From Candidatus Latescibacterota bacterium (GTDB taxonomy: Bacteria > Latescibacterota > UBA2968 > UBA8231), in assembly GCA_965208105.1 (NCBI GenBank), contig OZ242318.1, positions 2,944,001 through 3,008,000 of the forward strand: DNA of 64,000 nucleotides, read 5' to 3'. Position numbers and translations under genes: made by a program. How positions within the stretch are numbered: the first letter of the stretch is position 1; the number at the start of each line of letters is the position of its first letter. Below the pieces are notes generated by a model. The model searched no databases, had not been told where the DNA came from, and was given only the letters and a program-made list of their open reading frames with translations. This document shows, piece after piece, positions 1-10,233 of the stretch.

Positions 1-1
1 G

Positions 2-751
2 GAGCCTAGACGGTTTAAAACTAGATATAACAACTATAAGCATGCAATTCTCTATACGATTCGTCGCGGCAAGTCAGGAGTTCGCAAGTATTATTGCGGA
101 TGGGAAGTATTTACTAAACTTGCCTCCAACAACATTAGGTATCTTCTTGAGTTGGTAGACCGATCTTACGTGATGCATCTAAAATCGGATGAAACGTTGG
201 ACGCCAATATTCGCCCTCAAGTCCAGACGCAAATCTGCCAAGAAGTTGCAAGAAAGAACCTACGTGAACTGGAAGGCCTAAGTGTCGATGGGGCGCATTT
301 GACCAAACTTTTACTTGGACTTGGGAGGATTTTTCAAGTAATGGCGCTGCAGCCGGAAGGACATGCTCCCGAGGTTAACCAGTTTGATTTATCACGCGAG
401 ACTAGCGACATCGGAGGAAGTGGAAGCTCGGAAAACATCGATGTGGACCGATTACTAAAGGCAGCTGTTATGCATTTAGTGCTTTTGCAATCGCCTGGAA
501 ATAAGCTGGCTGATGAAGGGGACACAAGGGATTCGGATTACATGATTCATCCAATTTTCAGTCCGTTCTTTGAGTACAGCTACAGGCGCAAGAGAAAGAT
601 GAAGCTGGCACCTGGGGAACTCGGGGCATTGGTTGCCAATCCCAGGGAGACGATAAGGGCAATACTAAAAAGAATGGGCCGAAATGATAATTCTGGAATG
701 GAACTCCCACCCCAGCTGATGCTGTTTAGCCCATATTATGAGAGCACCTAG
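2..751 (+). CDS. C-terminal part of an ORC/CDC6-like (STAND-type) AAA+ ATPase, 5'-truncated by window edge
   Basis: Frame is open from base 2 (EPRRFKTRYNNYKHAILYTIRRGKSGVRKYYCGWEVFTKLASNNIRYLLELVD...). YxG...S.NIRxxLEL resembles the post-AAA helical motif of this family; ends with Y.IHPIFSPFFEYSYRRKRK. Confidence 0.55.
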   Translation, partial: EPRRFKTRYNNYKHAILYTIRRGKSGVRKYYCGWEVFTKLASNNIRYLLELVDRSYVMHLKSDETLDANIRPQVQTQICQEVARKNLRELEGLSVDGAHLTKLLLGLGRIFQVMALQPEGHAPEVNQFDLSRETSDIGGSGSSENIDVDRLLKAAVMHLVLLQSPGNKLADEGDTRDSDYMIHPIFSPFFEYSYRRKRKMKLAPGELGALVANPRETIRAILKRMGRNDNSGMELPPQLMLFSPYYEST

Positions 752-1691
752 CAAGTCGCCAACCTTCACAGTCACCTTCTCTGATCAATCCGAATTTTTT
801 CCAGACGCAGGCAGTGCTTACCTGTATGGCGTGTCGGTAGAGGACCGAAGCACGGTGCCGATGGAACTTGGGGCAAAGGCGAACAGCGTGAAATTTATAC
901 CGCTTACAGCGGAGGAGGACAAGCCATCTTTTGCGCTAGAGGGATCCTCACCTCCGCGTTCGTTTTCACTCCGGAGCAATACTAGCCTCCGAACGTTCGT
1001 TGATGACTTAGGTACGAATGACTGCTATCTGGACATTAGCGGATTGCGACACCATGTATGGGCACCAGTACTTCGGGGACTGCTAACTGCAGGAGTTCGA
1101 GTTAGAGTCGTGTATGTGGAGCCGGGTGATTATGCCCCATTCGCCATCCAGGCGACAAGTTGGATATACGACCTGGGTGGGGCAGGGATCAGAGGAGTTA
1201 AATCAATTCCGGGTTTCGCGACCCTGTTTCGCGGATCTCATGAAACTTATTGCTTCGTCCCGTTGCTTGGGTTTGAAGGCGCGCGATTTGCCCATATGCT
1301 GGAGCAAGTACAACCTGTTCCGGAAAGAGTGATTCCTATTGTTGGTGTGCCGGGATTTCGACCTGAGTACCCTTATCGTACTTATCAGGGAAATAAGCAG
1401 CCGCTAATCGACTCAAAGAGCTGGCGGAATGTGAGATTTGCCGTCGCAAACTGCCCGTTCGCTGCATACTATGAAATTGAAGAAATTGCAAAAGAGTTTC
1501 CCGATTGCAGGGTGCAGATAGCTCCTATCGGTACCAAACCTCATGCACTCGGAGGCATTCTCTATACTATTTGCCATCCTGAAAGGGCTGAACTGATCTA
1601 TGATCATCCGGTTCGCCAACAGAAGCGAACATCAGGTAAGTACCGCGTCCTGGTTTATGATGTGAGTAAGATTGCCAACAAGTATGTCTGA
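738..1691 (+). CDS. Hypothetical protein with two tandem CARF-like Rossmann modules
   Basis: YLDISGL...VVYVEPGDY and LLGFEGARF...IAPIGTKPHALG...LIYDHP resemble CARF strand/K/YxxP motifs. Overlaps both neighbouring genes. Confidence 0.5.
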   Translation: MRAPSKSPTFTVTFSDQSEFFPDAGSAYLYGVSVEDRSTVPMELGAKANSVKFIPLTAEEDKPSFALEGSSPPRSFSLRSNTSLRTFVDDLGTNDCYLDISGLRHHVWAPVLRGLLTAGVRVRVVYVEPGDYAPFAIQATSWIYDLGGAGIRGVKSIPGFATLFRGSHETYCFVPLLGFEGARFAHMLEQVQPVPERVIPIVGVPGFRPEYPYRTYQGNKQPLIDSKSWRNVRFAVANCPFAAYYEIEEIAKEFPDCRVQIAPIGTKPHALGGILYTICHPERAELIYDHPVRQQKRTSGKYRVLVYDVSKIANKYV

Positions 1692-2763
1692 GGGACCTAC
1701 CTTTCAGGACAGGCACTACACACCTCGCCCTATCGCGGATCTGATGGTGGCAACGGTGCGAAAACGATCACCCAAGATTGTTGCGGATTTTGCGGCAGGC
1801 CACGGGGAATTGTTGCAGGCAGCAGTAAGGCGGTGGAAGGACGTAATAATTGTAGGGACGGATATTGATGCAGGCGCCATACCTACTCTACGAAAACAGT
1901 TTTCTCATCAGAGATTTGGCAAATGTGATTTCCTGAATCCCCGGTCGAGAGCCCACTGCCATGCGCTCCAGGGCGATACTCCGGATGTCGTTCTTCTCAA
2001 CCCACCCTTCTCTTTCCGAGGAGGTACGAGACACACTATTCAATACGAAGGGGACCTCTTTCGGTGTACCCCCGCCCTATCCTTTCTGGCAATTTCGCTG
2101 TCATACCTTTCTCCCCGAGGCGAGTTGGTGGCGCTGCTTCCAGCGAGTATAGCTACCTCCGAAACTGGTCACGATTTGTGGGAGCTGATTTCAAAGCAGC
2201 ACAGTTTAAAGGTCATTTCAAGACACGATACTAGCGGCTTTCGTGGGTGTCGTGCCCGGACACTATTGGTGCGCCTAAGGCGTGGTGTAGTCAGACATGA
2301 TGAGCCAATTTGCACATTGGTCAAGTGTGAAGATGATATCAATGTACAGGTGGTCCGAGGAGTAGTTCCAGTCCATACTCTCAATGGCGACGGTAGATCT
2401 GGTCGCCCACTGATCCATACAACTGATCTGCAAGACGGCACGATAGGACCCGGTCCCGGACGAACCAATGACCTAAGAAGGTCCTTGTCTGCTCCTGCAG
2501 TCCTTCTTCCAAGAGTTTGTGCCCCCATGATGGGAAAGGTCTGTCTTTACGAAAGTGGTAGAGAAGTTGTTCCATCGGATTGCGTCATCGGCCTCGAATG
2601 TTCACGTGTATGCGATGCGAGAGAGGTATTTGATCGAATTAGGAACAATTGGATTTTGTTTAGCCGAGCGTATGATGGAACGTGTGCGCAATATACGACC
2701 GTGCAGCGGCTACAGACTGCCCTCGGAGATCTTGGAGTCTTATCTATTGCGCGGGTGAGTTGA
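1684..2763 (+). CDS. N6-adenine DNA methyltransferase
   Basis: HYTPRPIA, DFAAGHGELL (motif I), DID and LLNPPF (motif IV). ATG at 1684 overlaps the upstream stop. Confidence 0.85.
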   Translation: MSEGPTFQDRHYTPRPIADLMVATVRKRSPKIVADFAAGHGELLQAAVRRWKDVIIVGTDIDAGAIPTLRKQFSHQRFGKCDFLNPRSRAHCHALQGDTPDVVLLNPPFSFRGGTRHTIQYEGDLFRCTPALSFLAISLSYLSPRGELVALLPASIATSETGHDLWELISKQHSLKVISRHDTSGFRGCRARTLLVRLRRGVVRHDEPICTLVKCEDDINVQVVRGVVPVHTLNGDGRSGRPLIHTTDLQDGTIGPGPGRTNDLRRSLSAPAVLLPRVCAPMMGKVCLYESGREVVPSDCVIGLECSRVCDAREVFDRIRNNWILFSRAYDGTCAQYTTVQRLQTALGDLGVLSIARVS

Positions 2764-3063
2764 TTATCACCAACAATTAAATCTGGGCGAGCCTGTGCAT
2801 AGAGAATATTAGGCACCGAAATCGGTACTCTTCAGTTTGCTGAGAACGTACCCAAGGGTCCAGCTGGATCGATGGAGTTACTTCGGTTTGGTGGACAGGC
2901 TGAGCCCGATTGGGTTGAGGCGGACCGATTTTACTGTGGATATAGTAGGCCGTATGAAATCCAGGGTTTCCTTACCCCTCCCCCAATTCGAGCCAACCCC
3001 AGTTGCCTGGGTCAACATGGCCCGCATCGTGCAAGTCCTCGCCTGCCTTTCCCTGAGGCTGTC

Positions 3064-3465
3064 ATGGAGCTCAAAGCAACCTGCGTAGGCATTGGTGTAG
3101 CCGAGGCTAAAATGGATATCGCCATCATTCCCTCGAACGACCGATGTGAGATCTCCCGTAACCAGTCAGGAATTCGTAAACTGGCCTCCCACCCGAAGAC
3201 GCTGGATCCCATTCAGGTCATGCTGGAGGATTCAGAGGGCATGGATGTTCCCCTGGTGGCCGCCCGCATGCCCAAGGCAATGACCCATGCTGGTCGCCGG
3301 GAAGATACCCCCCAGAGCTCGGTGGTTTCCTGTCCCTCCACCCATCGAAGCCCTCGTGGCTGCCTGGAGGGGGAGTTGGAAGCCTTGGACCAGAGCCTTC
3401 GGCAGGAGCTCCACCAAAGTCCCCCGTGGCGAGAATAGGATGACCTCCTGCTCACCTTCTGAGGC
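3064..3465 (+). pseudogene. Degraded IS110-family transposase remnant
   Basis: VGIGVAEAKMDIAI...NQSGIRKL...VMLEDSEG matches the IS110 N-terminus (VGIDVAK...LEATGG) with the catalytic D lost. LEGELEALDQSL...SPPWRE*DDLL matches the linker. Internal deletion and stops. Confidence 0.7.
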
Positions 3466-3968
3466 CGACGCGCACTGGTTTGCTCCGCATGGATTCGCAG
3501 ATTCTCAAACCTTGGCAGGGCGATGTCATGGATTTTCTGCAACGGAGACATCGCGAAGTACCTTCACTGGGAATACGGAATGCAGGACAGAAAATTTTTA
3601 ATTTTTCTCAATTTGAGAAATTGGTGGCCGGAGAATGGCTTATCCTGAATTTCCTGGTTAAAAAAAACCAGGCTGTTTTCAGGACAAACAACCTTGTGTC
3701 TGTTTTATATATAGTTGTAATTTATATAGTTATAACGGAAATAAAAGGGCATCACTATTTCGATTCAGGTATGGAGTTTCGCTTTTCTGACCCACATTTA
3801 AGCAGCCTTCCGGATTTCGACCGGAGGAAGGAAGGGTTGCAGGCTTCCTCCAAGTTCCGCGCTCACAGGGGCCTGATCCCAAGTTAAAACAGGAAGTTAG
3901 CCTTCTTTACTTACAAGGTGAATCTGGATATCTTTGGTATAATTCCCTTTTCGAAAGTAGGGACTGAA

Positions 3969-5077
3969 ATGAGGTCTGTAGAGAGGAAGTCGGTAAGAAA
4001 ACGATTGAGGGTTTTAAAGCTGGCAGAGAGATTGGGCAACGTTTCCGAAGCGTGCAGGCGCGGGGGCATAAGCCGCACCCGGTTTTACGAGTATAAGAGG
4101 CGCTATCAAATCCACAGCCTGAATGGTCTGGTGGACCGGCCACCCATCCACAAGTCTCACCCTCAAACCACCCCGCCTGAAGTGGTCCGGAAGATCCTGG
4201 ACCTGGCCTTGGCGCATCCTGCCCACGGCTGCCATCGACTGTCCAAGCTTCTCCAATCAAATGGTGTGTCGGTTTCGGGAATTACCATCCGGAAGATTTT
4301 GCACAGGCAGGGGATGGGCGCCCGGCAAGAGCGTCTGCTCAAGCTGGAGAACATCACTGGTGCGCAGGACATGCTGAGCCCGGAGCAGATGGCGGCCATG
4401 GAGAAGGGCAATCCCTGCTTTCGGGAACGGCATGGGGAAAGCGTGTCCCCGGCTGAGTTGTTGTGTCAGAACACCTTTACATGGGTACCTCCCGCCACAT
4501 CGGCCCGGTCTACCTGCAAGCCGTTGTGGATACCTATGGAAGCATTGCCTTCGGGTATCTGCACACCGGCAAATCTCCCGAGCATGCCGTGACCATTCTG
4601 CACCAGCACGTGCTGCCTTTTTACTTGGCCTGGGGTCTGGAGGTGGAGGCTATTCTGACCCATAACGGCGGGATGTATTGTGGGCACCCATCCCACCCTT
4701 TTGAAAACTATCTCAGCCTCAACAACATCGACCACCGTAAAACGAAGGTGGGAAGTCCCAAGCCTCATGGCTTTGTGGAGCGGTTCCACCGTACGGTGAT
4801 GAACGAATTCTTTCGCACGGCCAGCTTCCCGGTGACCTACAAGCAGGTGCTCGACCTGCAGAAGGAGTTGGACGGGTGGGTCGAGCGACACAATTTCGAG
4901 CGGCCTCATAAAGGCTATCGAAATTGGGGCAAGCTACCGGTTGACACGGTCATTCCGTTCAGTAAACCGGTTTGGGAAATGCCTGGGGGTGGAAATCCTG
5001 TGAGGATCTTGCCATTAGGGTTTTTGATCGAAATGTTGAACAGAACAAGACGCAAGTGGCCAAGGACAACGCTATAA
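3969..5077 (+). pseudogene. IS481-family transposase, frameshifted near 4475
   Basis: GNVSEACRRGGISRTRFYEYKRRY HTH and NPCFRERH in one frame; VYLQAVVDTYGS...GFVERFHRT in the next frame. Confidence 0.85.
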
Positions 5078-5127
5078 TCAACCTTCCTGAAGTCCAAATC
5101 AATATGACTTTTCCTGGACTCATTTAG

Positions 5128-5307
5128 AAGGGCAAGGTCAATGGTGACGAAATGCATATCGACACAGAGAACGGGAAACTATACTGGCACCACAGCTGGT
5201 ATGAACTCTTTCGGTCCAACCTCGACGGGACCAACGTGGAAAAGTTAAGGCTCCCGATCAACACCGGCCAAGCAACCGCGATTGTGTTCCCTTGTGACAG
5301 CAATTGA
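5128..5307 (+). pseudogene. Fragment of an LDL-receptor class B (YWTD-like) beta-propeller repeat
   Basis: Hand translation from ATG 5152: MHIDTENGKLYWHHSWYELFRSNLDGTNVEKL..., matching the D..nGKlYW...I.RaNLDGtnvE repeat pattern. In-frame stop immediately upstream. Confidence 0.55.
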
Positions 5308-5534
5308 CAGCCGCCCAGCCGTACAGTGAGATACTTGGACCTTGAGACCAAGCCCCCCTCAGAGGGTCGAGCGCGGTGCCTCGCTGTCCCAATGGTGTTA
5401 CCAGCACCATAGGACGGCGACACAGAATAGACGGTTTCCGTGTCGCAAGGTTCAAATTTCAGGGACAGTTCCGCGTCAATTCGGAGGAGGTCTTTCATAT
5501 ACCCCTCAATACATAAAGTCTAGCCCAATATTTC

Positions 5535-6104
5535 TCAGAGAAAATCATCAAAGGCCAGTCCTAAGGTAAGGCGAAGTCGATTGAATGCGTCCGGATCGTG
5601 GAACACCCTGGTTAAGTCGGCTGCGAGGCGGATGGATGTGGTCTCTGACAGGTGAAAATCAAGGCCCACCCCGGGTTGAATCATATCGGCCGATTTTGAT
5701 CCCGATTCCTCCCTGTAAAAACCGCAATAGCCCGGATTTCTGAGTTTGGCGCAGACCACATTGGCCTTCCATGTGACTTTCTCTCTACCTGCATATAGCC
5801 GGAAAAAGGGCGTGACCGCCTCGTCTGGGTTCGACAGCTGCATGCCTCCCGCAAAGGTGATCAGGCTAGCGCGGAATTTAACAGGCGAGTCAAAAATGGT
5901 TTCCTCCTTAGTATCTGTGCTTCGGTTGAACCCTACCATAAGGTCTACCTTTTCATGGACGGGGAATCCTACGGACAACCAGAATCCAGCCGTAGCGGAG
6001 TCGTTGTTCGTATCGAGGAGATATTGATAGCCAGCCGATCCGATCTGGGCATGAGCAGGAAGAATGCCCGCCAACAAGACGATGAGAAAATACGCAGTGT
6101 GCAA
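5535..6104 (-). CDS. Small outer-membrane beta-barrel protein
   Basis: Signal peptide (YFLIVLLAGILPAHA), alternating beta-strands and C-terminal LRLTLGLAF. Confidence 0.7.
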   Translation of the reverse strand: MHTAYFLIVLLAGILPAHAQIGSAGYQYLLDTNNDSATAGFWLSVGFPVHEKVDLMVGFNRSTDTKEETIFDSPVKFRASLITFAGGMQLSNPDEAVTPFFRLYAGREKVTWKANVVCAKLRNPGYCGFYREESGSKSADMIQPGVGLDFHLSETTSIRLAADLTRVFHDPDAFNRLRLTLGLAFDDFL

Positions 6105-6369
6105 GTGGAGTTACCCCGATTTTGTGGACAGGTTGGATTTGATATTTCAGGAAGTCGGATAATTTCCTGGTGGCTTCAATATACACTTTCGGTGTGATTT
6201 CAAGGTGAAAATCCGCCAAATTATTGTGGTATTTTTATGGAAAATCGTCCTTTCCTTTAATCCTTTAACTCCGACGGCCTGCTTGATGAAGTGAGGCCCC
6301 CGGGGATGTGTTCGGACCGTTTAGCGAAGGAGGGCATCCCAAAAAGCTGCCCCTGACCTGGAGAGGGGA

Positions 6370-6500
6370 ATGAAGTCTGCTGAGGAATTTGAACGAGAGA
6401 AGGAGGTCTTGTGGGAGCTCGTTGCCCGGTTGAGCGAGGCCTGCCAGCGCATCAACCAGAACATCGACTTCGCTATGGTGCTACAAGGAGTTCTGATCCC
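6370..6500 (+). pseudogene. N-terminal fragment of a GAF/sensor-kinase-type protein
   Basis: EFEREKEVLWELVARLSEACQRINQNIDFAMVLQGVL resembles the pre-GAF helix (RLSEASxRINxSLDxxxVLQ); similarity is then lost. SD GAGGGG upstream. Confidence 0.4.
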
Positions 6501-6729
6501 TGCCCATTCTGTACAACCACACCGCTACTGCGTAGGACCTACGGACGTGGTTGAAGCAGATTCCCTGACTTCCTCGAATCCTTCGATTGGTTCAAGGGAG
6601 AAAATCGAGGAGCTACCCGAGTGCACTGCCGGTGGCAAGGAAATTCCATGGTCAGACTGACGCCGCAAATTCTGCCCACCCTGCACCGCCCGCCGTTGAG
6701 GCCCTTGAGGTCGCGCTTACCTGTGTAGA

Positions 6730-7074
6730 GGTCTCAAATGCGAGTGCGTTTATCTGCACGAATTCGAGGATGGGCGTCAGGCGCGTCAGACCATCGCGAA
6801 CTGGCTGCGGTATTACAACGAAGATCGGCCTCATTCCAGCCTGGCGGGGAACCGGACGCCGATGGGGGCCTACACAGGGCGCAAAGCGGCATGAACGCGG
6901 AAGAAACGCTGTGGATCCTTGGCTCAGGCCAGGTGGTCTATAGCGTCAACCAGCAAAACGGCCAAGTCGGAAAGGAGACCTCCGAGAATCCAGGGAAAAG
7001 CAGGGTACCAAATCAACCAGGATGAATCCACTTCAATCCTGCTGCCAGGCTGTCCAAAGAATGGGATCCACCTC
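6730..7074 (+). mobile_element. IS3-family 3' remnant (OrfB C-terminus and right end)
   Basis: 6730-6894 translates to GLKCECVYLHEFEDGRQARQTIANWLRYYNEDRPHSSLAGNRTP. CTGTCCAAAGAATGGGATCCACCTC at about 7050-7074 resembles IS3-family right ends. Confidence 0.75.
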
Positions 7075-7567
7075 TACCCCGGGCATGGAACGCCGATCCC
7101 ATGAGTTGCTGAGGATCAAATAATTCAATATGCTTTCAAACTACCGCAGGAAGGAAGGTGACATCTTGGGCAGCTTAACCTAAATTCGCGTTCAAAACTT
7201 CCGCATTCTCGCGCACCTCCAAGCCATCAATCGCGTGCTCGTGACCAGTCTTGAAGAGTGTGAAGGAGGCGTCGAACCAATCCGTAATTCCAAAGGTAAG
7301 CTAAAGAACAGTATCCGGACTTTATGCCTCATATGCTTTCTCGAAAGGAGACGTGTGTTTCCCTGCGGACGATGTGCGCCTGGATGTACCTGGCCATTGG
7401 AGAACCCGCAAGTGACAAATACCAACTCTTGGACGGTTGCTACAACGAAGTAACCAAGTCCAAAATCTGCGCTTTGCCTCCAGCGAGGCCAGAGGTGTTG
7501 GACTAAGAACACTTAATCAGAGATTCCTATGTTTTCGGCCACACCAATACAAGTGGGCAAGTTGACA

Positions 7568-8794
7568 ATGACATCAAAAAGCCACGAGCAGCTAAATCCC
7601 TTCTCGAAACGTCTCGACTCGATCACCGATTCCATTGGGAGGCTTGTCACGAGAGAGGAAGACCTCGTTCGCGACTTGCAATGGTATAATACGACGGACC
7701 GGAAAATCCTTGGAGAAGAATTGCAAGAGAAACGTGCTAAAGCCGAAAGTTTAATCCTCAGTTTAGAAAAAAAAGAAGCGGAAATCGCCGCAAACCAGCG
7801 AGACATCGATACCCTCTCTTCGAGCTTAGGGTCGCCTTTCAATCCCCGTAACTGGATTGACAATGATCAGAGGGAACTACGGCGAAGGCGCCGTTGGTTG
7901 AAATCGGTCGACAAGAAAAGGATAGCAGAATGGCAAGAGATCGAGAAATCTCAACAATCCACACACAAAGATATCGAATCCATCAAGGCAAACATACAAC
8001 GGTACGATTCTTTTGACCCTGAATGTCGACAAGGGGAATTACAAGCACTTCAAGATCAAATTGCTTCGAAAAAGAAGAAGGCAGAACAAATCGCTGATCA
8101 GAAGGCGCGGATCGATCATGCATTAGAGCCATTAAATCACGAACTAAAAGTTCTTGAGTCACGCAGAGAGACCGCAGAATTGAATAGATGTCGGGCTAAG
8201 GATCTGGTCGATCAATTATCGACTGCTCGTAATCCTTATGAACGGGCGAAGATACACGAACAATGTGAAGATGAATTCGGCCAAGATAGCCCAAGGCAGG
8301 TTGCAAAAATCTACGAGAATGAGGCCGGTCAATTAGACCAAGAACTAAGAAAGGTTGAGAAACGGGCGCGGGAGATTGTCGAGAGAACCTCCCGAAAAAT
8401 CGAACGAACATATAAGGAAGGCGGGAGTCTGCAGGTTGCAGTAGATCACCTCAATGCTGCCCGTGCACTTGTTTCGAACGACCCACCTAAGGCTGTCGGC
8501 ATCTGCCGTCTATTAGTAGAGGCCTTGGATAAGGATCTGCAGGATCAAGAGTACGGAAGGATCACCGACTATCTGACGGCATGTACCGACAAAAGACGCG
8601 GCGAGCAGTACGGACGAATTGTAGCCTCCATCAAGCAACTGGCCAATATGAACCACCACGATTATGGCCGGAGAAGCGTGTTCACAAGGGCCGAGGCGCT
8701 GGCTCTGGTGAGAATATGTGAAGCGTTGCTCCTCATGGTGGGTGAGCTGACACGGTCACTGCCCGCAGGTTTGGAAGAGGACGATCAGGGATAG
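7568..8794 (+). CDS. Long coiled-coil protein with C-terminal HEPN/Abi-like helical domain
   Basis: About 280 aa of E/K/Q/R-rich heptads, then AVGICRLLVEAL...LANMNHH...EALALV. Confidence 0.6.
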   Translation: MTSKSHEQLNPFSKRLDSITDSIGRLVTREEDLVRDLQWYNTTDRKILGEELQEKRAKAESLILSLEKKEAEIAANQRDIDTLSSSLGSPFNPRNWIDNDQRELRRRRRWLKSVDKKRIAEWQEIEKSQQSTHKDIESIKANIQRYDSFDPECRQGELQALQDQIASKKKKAEQIADQKARIDHALEPLNHELKVLESRRETAELNRCRAKDLVDQLSTARNPYERAKIHEQCEDEFGQDSPRQVAKIYENEAGQLDQELRKVEKRAREIVERTSRKIERTYKEGGSLQVAVDHLNAARALVSNDPPKAVGICRLLVEALDKDLQDQEYGRITDYLTACTDKRRGEQYGRIVASIKQLANMNHHDYGRRSVFTRAEALALVRICEALLLMVGELTRSLPAGLEEDDQG

Positions 8795-8967
8795 GACGCC
8801 TATACTCCCAAACCCGGCAGGCCAAGGTGCATGGCGAAGCCTCGGGAGCGGACCGGTTCGACCATCTATTGGCGGAACTCGGGGGATTGGGAATACGTGA
8901 TTTAGGCATGAGGGGCTCCTTTTCATCAGGTGATAAGGTACCCACCAAACCAGGGCGACTCCACTTC

Positions 8968-10137
8968 ATGATGAAATTTGTCTGCAGGGATTGTTTCGGA
9001 GATGAGGGGTTGCGTGAGTTTGTAGAGCTCAATGCTGAATCTACAGAATGTAGTTTCTGTAGACAAATTTCCAAGTTGCCTATTGCTGCGGATATTTGGG
9101 AAGCTAAGAAGCACTTTCGTCAGTGTGTAGAGTTGGAGTACGACGATGCGGCCAATCATCTGGGTTATGAGTCAGCTGAGGGAGGATATTATGGGGCGTG
9201 TAATTGGGATTCGCATGATCTTATTGTAGACGAATTGGAACTTGATTTGCCGAATGATGACTCAGGGGAATTATTTAATGAATTATTAGATTCTTTGGAT
9301 GATATTAGGTGGTGTCGCGCAGACCCATTCAGCTTAAATCCCTATGAGCTAACCAAGTTCAGCTGGGACGAATTCTGCCGTGTTGTTAAACATGAACGTC
9401 GGTTTTTTTTTATGCGTCCCAGGTCTGAACAATCTGAGGAAAATGAAAAGTTGACTCCTGCAAAATTACTTGACAGAATTGTAGAATATTCTAAGCATCA
9501 AGAATTATTTGTTGAGCTAACCCCAGATGTATTACTGTTTCGTTCATTACCAAATGACCCTGGTTCCCCTTTGACTGAACCCAGAGATCTTGGCCCGCCG
9601 CCAGATGAAAAGGCTCAACAGAGTCGCATGAGTCCTGCGGGAATTTCTATGCTTTACGTTAGCGATAATCCATTAACCGCACTGGCCGAGAAACGTGCTG
9701 ATTCCGGGGAATTTTCTGTTGGATGTTTTAGGTTAAAAAGGCCTGCCCTGATTTTGGACTTGAGTAGCATCCCTCCGATTCCCAGTCTTTTTGCTCCAAT
9801 TTCAGATATAGTTGAGTATTTCCCAAGGGAAATCTTGATTTTTCTGCATACATTGCAAGAAGAAATATCTCGATCAATACCGCAAGACAATCTTGTTCAC
9901 CTCGAATATGTACCTACACAAGTAATAACCGAATATTTAAAATGTTTGCCTCCAATATTCGGACGGTCCGTCGAAGGAATTAAATACCCCAGTTCGGTTG
10001 CTTCCGGTCACTGGTCTGCTGCCATTTTCGCTACACAGCGAAATATAGAGGGAATAGAAAGAAAAAGCATTTTTGAGGATGGGAGTGAGAGATGGATTCG
10101 ACTAGAATCGGTGAAGACCTTTGATTTGTCCACATGA
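8968..10137 (+). CDS. RES-domain protein with HEPN/RES-associated N-terminal domain
   Basis: CxxC...CxxC, YESAEGGY, WDEFCRVVKHERRFFF, then RES motifs LGPPP, RMSPAGISMLY, ALAE, EYVPTQ, GIKYPSS. Confidence 0.85.
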   Translation: MMKFVCRDCFGDEGLREFVELNAESTECSFCRQISKLPIAADIWEAKKHFRQCVELEYDDAANHLGYESAEGGYYGACNWDSHDLIVDELELDLPNDDSGELFNELLDSLDDIRWCRADPFSLNPYELTKFSWDEFCRVVKHERRFFFMRPRSEQSEENEKLTPAKLLDRIVEYSKHQELFVELTPDVLLFRSLPNDPGSPLTEPRDLGPPPDEKAQQSRMSPAGISMLYVSDNPLTALAEKRADSGEFSVGCFRLKRPALILDLSSIPPIPSLFAPISDIVEYFPREILIFLHTLQEEISRSIPQDNLVHLEYVPTQVITEYLKCLPPIFGRSVEGIKYPSSVASGHWSAAIFATQRNIEGIERKSIFEDGSERWIRLESVKTFDLST

Positions 10138-10233
10138 ATTTAAGAATACTATAGGATTCCAAGCGACATTCTGGTTTTCACATTGTCATACGCCTTAAAG
10201 CTCCAAAGGACAAGACAAAGGTGGACCAATAAA

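Noticed and set aside
2872-3438. 188-aa ORF as an intact gene
   Set aside because: Only the part after 3064 resembles IS110, and it is degenerate.
3480-3887. 135-aa ORF
   Set aside because: It runs through AT-rich promoter-like DNA and has no recognisable motifs.
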